Shown here piece by piece: positions 1-8,527 of a stretch of 64,000 nt of DNA. The translations under genes were made by a program, and so were the position numbers. Numbering within the stretch: position 1 is the stretch's first letter; each line of letters begins with the position of its first letter. A model generated the notes under the pieces. It was not told the DNA's origin. It ran no database searches and worked only from the letters and a program-made list of their open reading frames with translations. Source of the DNA: a virus (lineage: Duplodnaviria; Caudoviricetes); the IMG/VR virus record IMGVR_UViG_2744054517_000003, positions 32,001 through 96,000 of that record; one strand, 5' to 3'.

Positions 1-338
1 AGTAAATAATCCCCACTATTGACATGCCTTAAGGTAAAAGTAAGCGTCGCCTTGGTGTTGTTTTTTACACGCAGCTTAACATGACCATATCCAGGAGATA
101 TGGAGAACTCTGTTAATGGCGACTTGCCGTCAAGGACCACATTAAAAAGGTCTTTTGTTTTAAAAAGACCCACATCATGATTACCAGGTGTTTTCACTTC
201 ATCATGGTTCCCGTAAGTCGATGTATTTGCGGAAGTACTTACAGCATCGGAATCCGCAAAAATTGCATTGGGTACGGCAACAGCCCCGCCAATAATACCT
301 AAAGCTAAAGCTGATGCAATTAAATGTTTCTTCTTCAA
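1..338 (-). CDS. Secreted hypothetical protein (partial, runs off the left edge)
   Basis: TTG start at 338 after GAGGA RBS; MKKKHLIASALALGIIGGAVAVPNAIFA signal peptide; frame open to position 1. Confidence 0.7.
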   Translation of the reverse strand, partial: MKKKHLIASALALGIIGGAVAVPNAIFADSDAVSTSANTSTYGNHDEVKTPGNHDVGLFKTKDLFNVVLDGKSPLTEFSISPGYGHVKLRVKNNTKATLTFTLRHVNSGDYL

Positions 339-483
339 AGCTTATTCCTCCTATATTTGTATATTTAACTACCACCTCAGTCTACTAAAAGATTCCATGT
401 TTTCAATCTTTCTTACATTAAGATCATATTATTGTTTAATAAATCCATATTTATGAATCAGATAGCAAGATTATTATCAGCTT

Positions 484-711
484 TTACAATTCATCCTTCT
501 GTAACTTAATATCTAATTCAATCAGACGATCCAAGTCCTGGACCGTCTGCATTTTTATATTTCCAGCTTGCAGGTCTTTGACCCACTGAGCTATACCAGC
601 CTTAACAATCTTCCGGTACTGTGCCTTGGGTTCGAGGATACCTTCTATGATTTCAATCTCGCGTTGTAACGCTGTGTTGTATTGTTCGATTGGTAGGACT
701 CTGATTTCCAC
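484..711 (-). CDS. Hypothetical phage protein
   Basis: 75-aa ORF with AGGGG RBS. Confidence 0.6.
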   Translation of the reverse strand: MEIRVLPIEQYNTALQREIEIIEGILEPKAQYRKIVKAGIAQWVKDLQAGNIKMQTVQDLDRLIELDIKLQKDEL

Positions 712-734
712 GATTCGTACCCCCTATTCACAAT

Positions 735-763
735 AAAAAAAGCCATCTCTTATGAGATGACTT
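735..763 (-). terminator. Rho-independent terminator
   Basis: AAGTCATCTC-ATAA-GAGATGGCTT followed by a T-tract on the minus strand. Confidence 0.7.
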
Positions 764-787
764 AAAAATTTTATGAGGCTGTCCCTA

Positions 788-1008
788 GGTCTTAGCTATG
801 AAAACCCGTGCTACCATTACACCAACTCTCCGCAAGCCACCAGGGACAGCGAGATAATGATTGTACTCATCGACATCAATCCTTTCTGTTTCAAAGAAGT
901 GAACCAGTCACACAAAGCAGCTCCTATAAGCCCTGAAACCAAGCTTCCTAAGAACCAATTGGATGTGAGATGAGTTAGAAATCCAGAGAGCACAGGAATC
1001 GAACCTAT
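788..1008 (-). ncRNA. Candidate RNA with circularly permuted tRNA-like halves
   Basis: T-arm ATAGG-TTCGATT-CCTGT plus acceptor 3' strand GCTCTCT (1008-985) precede acceptor 5' strand GGAGAGT, T8-G9 and D-arm GTGT-AATGGTA-GCAC (831-808). Confidence 0.5.
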
Positions 1009-1249
1009 ACCGGTGGCACACATGTTTTTCATTAGAATAGCACAAAAAGTTTCCCTGTACTATATTTTTGAGTTGAGTTGGTTTCCTATATTCAGGTAGA
1101 CGGCTAACAGGCTGTCAGACTGCGTGTATGCCCATTCTCTGCTTTCATCTTCACTCCTTCCGGTATTCGTTAATGTAACAGAAAGAACGCTCAAAATAGC
1201 TCACATTCTGTCATATGAGGGCAAAAGAAAAAGCACTCGAAAGTGCCTA

Positions 1250-1786
1250 CTAATCAGAATTTTGAATTAGATATTTTCCTAAAAAGGCTAAAAACAAGAG
1301 AAATGAAAAGGATATCGAAATTATCATAGGGATAAAATAGTCAATCGGCTTAATTTCTAAAACAAAATAATATCCGATTAAATTTAAGTAACTCACACTT
1401 GATAAAACTAAATAAGCAGGAAGTTTATTTAACATCCAATCTTCTCTTAAAGCATTCAGAAAAGGAGCATTTCTTTGTCGCTTCCAGTAAACTGAATAAA
1501 CTATCAAACAAAACAGGTATAAGAAAAACAACACCACCACGATAGCTGCTAAAACTATCTGAAAAATTAGAAGAATTGAACTCCAATTTTCATATCCAAA
1601 TTTCTTAGAAAAAAAAGATAACGTTTTTAAAAAGTCACCATTTACATCAGGTATGTTTTTCCTGATAAATGACAAAACAATTAAAATAAATGAACTGAAG
1701 ACTAAGACCTTTGAAATACTAAGTCCCTTTAGCTCTTTTATATTCGCTATTATATCAAACATATGCTCCCCCTCCTGAAACCACAA
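1250..1786 (-). CDS. Multi-pass membrane protein (AT-rich moron)
   Basis: About 4 hydrophobic segments; likely start MFDII. Confidence 0.65.
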   Translation of the reverse strand: MWFQEGEHMFDIIANIKELKGLSISKVLVFSSFILIVLSFIRKNIPDVNGDFLKTLSFFSKKFGYENWSSILLIFQIVLAAIVVVLFFLYLFCLIVYSVYWKRQRNAPFLNALREDWMLNKLPAYLVLSSVSYLNLIGYYFVLEIKPIDYFIPMIISISFSFLLFLAFLGKYLIQNSD

Positions 1787-1794
1787 TTCGACAT

Positions 1795-1983
1795 TCAGGA
1801 AGGTTTTTCCTCTTTAACACAAGGACGCAAACAAAACTGTTTAACACCATCCCATCTACCCCATACACAACCATTGCATTTTTTCGGCTGTTTTGGTGGG
1901 CCTTTCATGTATAGCAAAATTCCTTTCTTCTGCTTCTTCTTCAAGACTAAAATCCTTTCAAGGCAATAAAAAAAGCCACCCAA
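1795..1983 (-). CDS. Small Cys-rich phage protein (true start probably downstream)
   Basis: CxxC...CxxxC motif: KCNGCVWGRWDGVKQFCLRPC. Confidence 0.4.
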   Translation of the reverse strand: MGGFFYCLERILVLKKKQKKGILLYMKGPPKQPKKCNGCVWGRWDGVKQFCLRPCVKEEKPS

Positions 1984-2534
1984 ATGAGTGACTTGTATCT
2001 GCCTATGTATTTACAGTAGCAAATGAACTGAGGCGCTTATTTAAAACCCGAAAAAAAACAACGATTGGGTCTATTCCCCCAAGCGGGATGCAAAACGCTA
2101 CGCTGTTGCATAAAAGCATTTGTACTTAGTTACTAGGGAGGAAGAACAAGACCATTTTACTGATCGCTAGAAATGGACGTCAAAGAATAAAAACCGGATA
2201 ATATCGAGAAATAGGTAATTAAACCATTATAAGCTGGCTTTTGCTCACTTTCTCAATACTACTCGTCCCAAACGATCCTATCGCCCAGTTTATCCTCATC
2301 ATGAATTCCCAGCACACATAATAAAATGAAGCGCCAAGCGTAGTGTGAAATTCTGGATTCGGATTGTTGCATATTAAACACTGTCCTTACAGGACGCTTT
2401 ATTTTTCCTGTCTCCACAGCATGAAACAAGGACGATCCCTCCTTAACTGATAATGATAGGCTGCGAGAATGACTTGAAAGATGTAACAAAAAGCACAAGC
2501 AAATATGCCTGTGCTTTTTTTGTAGCTTATCTTG

Positions 2535-3152
2535 TTACTCTTGAATTTTTTTTGCAATTTCCATCAATTCGTCAAGAGTGGAATTGAAAGAAGAAACAGT
2601 ATAGAAGTGGTCTTTCGTAATCAAATGAACAACTCTTCTTTCTTGCCCGTCAACATAAGCTACAGTATGATTGTTGATTTTAGCCAACTCAACTTTTTCC
2701 ATATTATATGTTTTTTTCACATAATCAATAGTAGCCTGTTCATCCATTTGGGATTCTGCTTGAGTAACCATAATTTCAGTGCCGTCACCGCCACGATATG
2801 ACTGCCTGATTACCAAACCATCCTCGCCTTTCAAAGCTGTTGTGTTTAATGGCTTCAAGCTGTGCTTTTCAAGCGTTGCAATTCTAAGCGAGGCTCCCTG
2901 CGCTAGATTAGGAATATGGATATCTTCTGCTGGTACATCAGATATATTTATGAGACCTTTGATATCAACTCCTGCCTCTTCTGGTGTTTCAGTCGGCGCT
3001 TGCACTGTTGAAGCATCAATCGCTTCTGCTTTCGTTTCAACCGGAATCTGTGCAGGCGTTTCTGATTCGGCAGCATATGAATTATATGCATATGCACCAC
3101 CACCTATTACTAGTGCACCACCTAATGCTACAGCAACTAATTGTTTCTTCAA
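2535..3152 (-). CDS. Exported or membrane-anchored protein (DUF4367-like C-terminus)
   Basis: Signal peptide MKKQLVAVALGGALVIGG; GGAGG RBS. Confidence 0.65.
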   Translation of the reverse strand: MKKQLVAVALGGALVIGGGAYAYNSYAAESETPAQIPVETKAEAIDASTVQAPTETPEEAGVDIKGLINISDVPAEDIHIPNLAQGASLRIATLEKHSLKPLNTTALKGEDGLVIRQSYRGGDGTEIMVTQAESQMDEQATIDYVKKTYNMEKVELAKINNHTVAYVDGQERRVVHLITKDHFYTVSSFNSTLDELMEIAKKIQE

Positions 3153-3167
3153 TTTAAACCCCTCCTA

Positions 3168-3652
3168 TTAATCGTAAAATACTGTACCTTCAGTAATGGC
3201 CTTATTATTGGATTTGTACAAAACAGAGTATCTCAGACCTCTATTATTATCGTTTCTCCCATAAAACACGTAATAAGTCGAACTATCAGAAGAAGATAAG
3301 GTGAAAGATCTTCCTGGAACTTCAATAGAAACATTATAGGTCATTTTATTCCAAGTCCCAGAACCAGCTATTCCGTCTGCCGGTAGCCCTTTATTTCTTT
3401 GGAAATTTTGGAGCCCTGTTTTCACACCGCTTCCAAAGCTCCCATCAATGCTTCCCACGTCTCCCTTTTGTCCATAGGCCCATAAATTTGCTTGCAGCGC
3501 TCTCACATATCCCCCACTGTCACCTTGGCGCAATGTAGGGAAACCATTAAAACCATCGTAAGCATAACTGGCACTTGCTATGCTTGCAAGCCCGAGACTA
3601 CCGCCACAGATGCAACAGCTAGAGACATTACAGATTTCATGTTTCTTTTCAA
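3168..3652 (-). pseudogene. Secreted peptidoglycan-binding protein, frameshifted after the signal peptide
   Basis: PG_binding_1 motif LRQGDSGGYVRALQ...IDGSFG...FQRNKGLPADGIAG; the signal-peptide frame from TTG 3652 stops at TAG unless 1 nt is added near 3590. Confidence 0.6.
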
Positions 3653-4500
3653 TGCAATTCCCTCCATTTTAGAATTCTACGATTTTTAGTCCGTCTCATT
3701 TAGCTTTTTGTTCTGAATAGATAGAAATAAATCCCTTCTTTCCGAGACAAGAGTAACTTCATTAATCAAGCTGATTATGTAAGACTACGGTTTATGTACT
3801 TGTGACTAATAAAGCATGTTCAAAAACAGCTATTATAAATTAAATAGCTGTTTTTCCCATTTTTTGTCTTCTATTACATTATAAGTTTTTTATTGTAATT
3901 TTTCAACAAAAATATGGACAATCTTACCAGCCTATTATGAGACACGCTGCGGAATTGAACCACGCAAGGGTTCTGACCAGGCTGTTTCATGTTTCCGCTG
4001 GTTAACTGGTTCCTTGCCGCCTGCGCGTGCCATGAATAATAATGTGGGCAACAAAAAAGGACCAGCGCATTCGCCAGCCCTTCACGTGTTCCCTTCATTT
4101 CCACGTTATCAATATATCATGGGGAAATCGTCATGTGGTGTTCAATTTAGGAGCAGGTTAAGTTCGCGTAGTGCTCACTTTAGAGTCAAAAAATCTGTGC
4201 TTATTCCCCTTTAACCAGAACCGCAAATCTCTTCTTCTCAAATCACTTTCTATATTGAGAGCTTGTAAATCATCCTACCAGCTCCCTTAAGGGTAGGAGG
4301 GAAAAGCCCTCAATAATTTATAGGAGATGGTTATATGAAGAGATTTATGTTTTGGTTATTTATTAAAGTAATGTTTTACAAAGAACAAATTGCAGAATTG
4401 TTTATTGACTTAGCCACATCGGGAACTATCCTGGATGTGGCTTTTTTATTGCTCAAATTTTCTTTGATTGTCTGGATAAAGAGGGGGAATAATCCGGGTC

Positions 4501-5001
4501 TTAAAATTCCGTCTCTTCTTGCTCGAAGAAGCCCATAAGCTTCAACGTATTCGCCATGCTCTCAGCTCCTTCACTCATTTTACGTCGGATAGTACTATCG
4601 CTGAGACTACGACGGAAGAAAAGTAATGTCTCTTTATAGGTATAGCTCTGAATGTAACGGTACTCCACCGCCTTACGGGCGTCATCATCCTTAATCAAAC
4701 TGTGCGCCCGGCGAAGCTGCCTCGTATAAAAATCATACCTGCTGTAGACCCAACGCTGCTTTTCGATCAGAATCGTGGCGTTGACTGTCTTGTCTGCATG
4801 CAAATCAGTCTGGTCGATGCGGTGAGCTGCTTCGCCATCAATACCTACTTGCTGAAGCTCCTGCTCAAACTGCTCAAAGTCTTTCATAAGTGCAACCATA
4901 TCTGTATATTTTTCGAGCAGGAACTTTGTCCGCTGGATCTCCTGTTTAGTTGCTTTTGCGAAGAGCTCCCCTTGCTCCCACACCATTGCCATTCCCTTCA
5001 T
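4501..5001 (-). CDS. Phage late transcriptional activator, ArpU/RinA-like
   Basis: Same architecture as 60711-61106 (VEYRYI...STIRRKMSEGAESMANTLKL). Confidence 0.65.
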   Translation of the reverse strand: MKGMAMVWEQGELFAKATKQEIQRTKFLLEKYTDMVALMKDFEQFEQELQQVGIDGEAAHRIDQTDLHADKTVNATILIEKQRWVYSRYDFYTRQLRRAHSLIKDDDARKAVEYRYIQSYTYKETLLFFRRSLSDSTIRRKMSEGAESMANTLKLMGFFEQEETEF

Positions 5002-5113
5002 TCCCCTTTGTCATATGATATAATGTCAGGAGGAATGATTTACTATTAGTGCCCCCCGCGAGCCTGGCCAAGGAATGCGGGGTTGTTTGTATTCTTGTGG
5101 AAGAAGAACAGCA

Positions 5114-5353
5114 TTACATCTCTTCCTTTGCAATTTTCATCGTTTCTTGCACCAATTGCTTCGCGTAATCCCCATTTGGTCTCGGAGCATCCAACACATC
5201 GTATATATCCTGTAAATGAAGCAACACACGCTCGTTCGTCCCTGCTTGCTGACGGTCCGATGCTTCCGGGTCAAAACCGAGCAATCGTATCGTATCATCC
5301 AGCTCCAAACGCATATCCATGAGCTGCTCTATCGATGCGTTAATGTTTGCCAA
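5114..5353 (-). CDS. Hypothetical phage protein
   Basis: 79-aa ORF with AAGGTG RBS. Confidence 0.5.
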   Translation of the reverse strand: MANINASIEQLMDMRLELDDTIRLLGFDPEASDRQQAGTNERVLLHLQDIYDVLDAPRPNGDYAKQLVQETMKIAKEEM

Positions 5354-5536
5354 GGTTCACACCTTTTTAGTAGCAAAGTCCTCTGAATTTCAAACTTTAG
5401 TCATCACTCTTCCAAGATGTTTACCGTAGTCGTAGACTTCTTAGTAGTTGTTCCATGTCACTCACCCTTTCAAAATTCTTTTTGGGAAATATGAATCTTT
5501 CTATTAAGTCTGCCTTATAACAAATGAGGTGATATT

Positions 5537-5839
5537 ATGACGTACAAAAAAATAAAACGCTGGACGAAGACCGTTTTAAAATTACTTTTTATCGTGAATG
5601 TAACAGGACTTGTTGTTTTTATAGGCTATCTAATATTTGATGTGCTTACTGACAAAAAAGCGCTAGTTAGTACTCCAGCTGTTAACTCAATTGCATTAAT
5701 ATTAGGAATGCTTTCACTGCCGGGAATAGTTGTTCAACTGGTATCTCTGCTTAACATCAATGAGAAGAAAACTTTTTCATTGACTTCCCAGTGCCCTCAT
5801 TGCAGACATTTAGTTGAAATGAAAATGAAAGAGGATTAA
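5537..5839 (+). CDS. Two-TM membrane protein with C-terminal CxxC
   Basis: GAGGTG RBS; two hydrophobic helices; CPHC. Confidence 0.6.
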   Translation: MTYKKIKRWTKTVLKLLFIVNVTGLVVFIGYLIFDVLTDKKALVSTPAVNSIALILGMLSLPGIVVQLVSLLNINEKKTFSLTSQCPHCRHLVEMKMKED

Positions 5840-6047
5840 GATCATATGTTCCGTTTATAAAATGCAGGTGGCCGCCGTAGCCCGTGAGGGTAGGGGCCAC
5901 CCTGCAAAGGATTTATTTAAACAGCAGTTGATTGAACCGTTTGCTCTTTAACGCGCTCTTTGTATTTGTTCAACTTTCCAGTGAGCTGTCCAGAAGATAG
6001 GCCGACACTACGAGCCAATCCCCAAAATGTTCCTCGATGCTGCATCT

Positions 6048-6331
6048 GAAGATCAATACTTTATGGCCTTCGAGCTCGCTGCTTCTACTGGCATGCGTCA
6101 AAGTGAGATACTTGCACTACCCCGATCAGAGGTAGATTTACAGAAAAAACAGCTTCGGTTCGACAAGCATATACCATTTCTGAAATAGGACATGGTCTTG
6201 ATGATACTAAAAATGATAGCAGCGTTCGCTCCATCGCACTGTTTGCTAATACCGCTAATTTTTTGGAAAATCACTTTAGAAAGCAAGAATATGAGCAAGC
6301 CAAAAATAAGCTATACAATCTACTAGACTAA
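6048..6331 (+). pseudogene. Tyrosine integrase remnant (truncated, frameshifted)
   Basis: EDQYFMAFELAASTGMRQSEILAL box I motif; shifted frame continues ...DTKNDSSVRSIAL; adjacent to the att repeat. Confidence 0.75.
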
Positions 6332-6420
6332 AGGGTAGAAAAATGGTAGAAGAATGCTCAGTTCAACAAAAAAACGCGACATCCAAAAAGCTTGGAAGCC
6401 GCGCTGTGCTTGAGTTTTAT

Positions 6421-6471
6421 AAGATGCTGGTGAAGGGAATTGAACCCCCGGCCTACGCATTACGAGTGCGT
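6421..6471 (-). repeat. att site, 3' half of tRNA-Thr(CGT), left copy
   Basis: Minus strand ACGCA-CTCGTAA-TGCGT anticodon arm, T-arm and acceptor strand; 47 bp identical to 22944-22990; tRNA 5' half absent. Confidence 0.9.
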
Positions 6472-6727
6472 CTAATCTCCGCTATCGTCCCGAAACCTAG
6501 ACGTAGCCTATGACGGACATTCAGACGATGACCTACGGATTGTACGAAGCCCTACGGTTTGGTATTTTAATACATAGTGATTATACCACGGGGATATTAT
6601 CGTAGCAACGCACTCATAAACGAAGAAAAGACACCTGAAATTTTCCATTCTATCATTTAAATTATACAACCTTTGCTGTATACTGTTTATTGTAATAAAA
6701 ATACATCACCAGTTTTAGGAGTAACTA

Positions 6728-7255
6728 ATGGACCCACAACCAACGCCACAACTTCAGGAGAATAGCTGCGACGCTATCCTAGATACAGCTAAAACTTTAT
6801 ATAATGATGAGATAGATCGCTTTAAACAAGTTGAAGCCAAAACCGGTATCACGTTAGGTTTTGTCGGCGTTATTTTAGGTGTTTTTATAACCTATATTGG
6901 GACCTCTAAACTTCAAATGGATATGGTCCCCTACGTTGTATATTCGTACTTTTTTAGGTTATCTATTATAGCTCTGTTAACTGCGAGTTCTATCAAACTA
7001 ATCAATGCAATAAAAGTCGGGAGTTTCCAACAAATTGACATAAATAATATAGTAGATGAAGACTTTGCAAAAGAAAGACCTGCTAAGGTTAAACTGGACA
7101 TCGCTGCTACTTATCAAGAAACTATCAATCAAAATTCAGAAAAAATTGATGAGAAGAATGATAATTATAACGTTGGACTTAATTTAATGATGTATGGATT
7201 CGTACTGTTTATTGTCTATATTATACTAGAGGAGATTATTAAAAATGCCAGATAA
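6728..7255 (+). CDS. Three-TM membrane cargo protein (Pycsar-effector-like topology)
   Basis: DRFKQVEAKTGITLGFVGV...K...YNVGL pattern; AT-rich; AGGAG RBS. Confidence 0.6.
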   Translation: MDPQPTPQLQENSCDAILDTAKTLYNDEIDRFKQVEAKTGITLGFVGVILGVFITYIGTSKLQMDMVPYVVYSYFFRLSIIALLTASSIKLINAIKVGSFQQIDINNIVDEDFAKERPAKVKLDIAATYQETINQNSEKIDEKNDNYNVGLNLMMYGFVLFIVYIILEEIIKNAR

Positions 7256-7400
7256 AGAAAATCGAAGTAAATTCTCTAACAATTCTTCTGACACACCAAG
7301 AAGTAGGGGGACAAAGCCTGTGAAACGCGATGCCTTTTCTCAGAATAATAGTAATCCCGCTAAAGGAACACCTCGTCCTAATACAACTAAAAAGAATTAA
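7245..7400 (+). CDS. 51-aa polar, low-complexity peptide
   Basis: GAGGAG RBS; overlaps the upstream stop; MPDKENRSKFSNNSSDTPRS...KKN. Confidence 0.5.
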   Translation: MPDKENRSKFSNNSSDTPRSRGTKPVKRDAFSQNNSNPAKGTPRPNTTKKN

Positions 7401-8167
7401 ACGAAGAAAAAGCGCCCGCCCACGGATCATAACCGTAGACGGGCGCTTTATAATTTCCGGAAGTTTATTTTGATACGCCGATTTCTCACGCACCTGATTT
7501 CGGGCCGCGCGAGGGGGCGCTTGGGGGTACAGCCCTCGCAATCTGCACGCAAAAAGACGCTCATTCATTCGCTTTTGATAGCGTAAATAAGCGTTATTTT
7601 CGATCGGACACACGCAGCCATACGTACCACCAGTCGCCTTTTATGCAGCGGATATTCACGGACATGTGCACAAAATCCATATTATGCGAATATGTCTGCG
7701 CCCGGAACCCGCGCCATTATGCGGTTGATACCGCGTTGCATAAACGCACCCTATGCACTGTATATACATTACCAGTGTATAATCCGTATAAATCCCGTAG
7801 CTACGCGGCTTTCCGTCCTCTCCGGCCACCTACCCGCTGGTAACATATGCAGCTAAATACACTGGTTCTCTCGTCCGTTATACACTGCATATGCAGCCGA
7901 AACGTATGACGGATTTACGCTATACCCGAAAGTTTCCGTAGCTATAAAACTGCGAGACTCCGCGCCCCAACTGGTCCTTCAGCTATTAGAATGCTTTCGT
8001 ATTCGAAAAATTCCAGAGCGGTCGCGCGTCAGGAGCGTCGTGTAGGAAAATTCGCTATAAAGTACACTTTTGGGACACCATAACTAGCCGCTAAAGCCCT
8101 ATATACCGCTGATATAACGCCATTTCACCCGATTTCGTGTACGGTATGAATCCGAACCGACTCACGC

Positions 8168-8470
8168 TTAAATAAGGCCGAGCATTCGGCATCTCTCCGT
8201 GATTTCATCCGCTGAAAGCGCGAGCCAATCTACCGCACTCCTATGTCGTCGACGTATTGCGGATATAAACCCTCGGTGTACCTTCTCGTATTCTTTATTA
8301 AAATCCTCACGTTGCCTCCAGCGGTACAGTGTCCGCCTATCAACTCCGCATAGAGATGCAATTTCATCCATCGTGTCATGTACGCCCTTGCGCGCCAGCA
8401 TTTCGATTGCAAGCCTATGACGCTCGTCCAACGGTGGCCGTGCGCGCCTTTTGCGTTTCTTATTCGCCAT
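8168..8470 (-). CDS. phBC6A51-type HTH protein, putative small terminase
   Basis: LDERHRLAIEML...EIASLCGVDRRTLYRWRQREDF. Confidence 0.65.
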   Translation of the reverse strand: MANKKRKRRARPPLDERHRLAIEMLARKGVHDTMDEIASLCGVDRRTLYRWRQREDFNKEYEKVHRGFISAIRRRHRSAVDWLALSADEITERCRMLGLI

Positions 8471-8527
8471 TGTAACGCAACTCCTTCCGTATGTAAAAAA
8501 AGAGCGAGCCGCAGCCCGCCCGTAAGT

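Noticed and set aside
788-1008. Canonical tRNA or tmRNA
   Set aside because: Halves are in reverse order, there is no U33-type anticodon loop, no CCA, and no tmRNA GGGG/G3-U70 acceptor
4335-4538. Small hydrophobic ORF as a type I toxin
   Set aside because: Has an RBS but no recognisable family and overlaps the convergent regulator; insufficient evidence
6421-6471. Intact tRNA-Thr gene
   Set aside because: Only the anticodon arm to 3' end is present in both copies; D-arm and 5' acceptor strand are missing
6608-6619. Inverted partial copy of the att core (ACGCACTCATAA)
   Set aside because: 11/12 match is too short to distinguish from chance or an integrase accessory site
7511-7530. Match to the prophage late-activator repeat TTGGGGGTA inside the satellite
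   Set aside because: Only one good copy plus one weak copy; low-complexity G run
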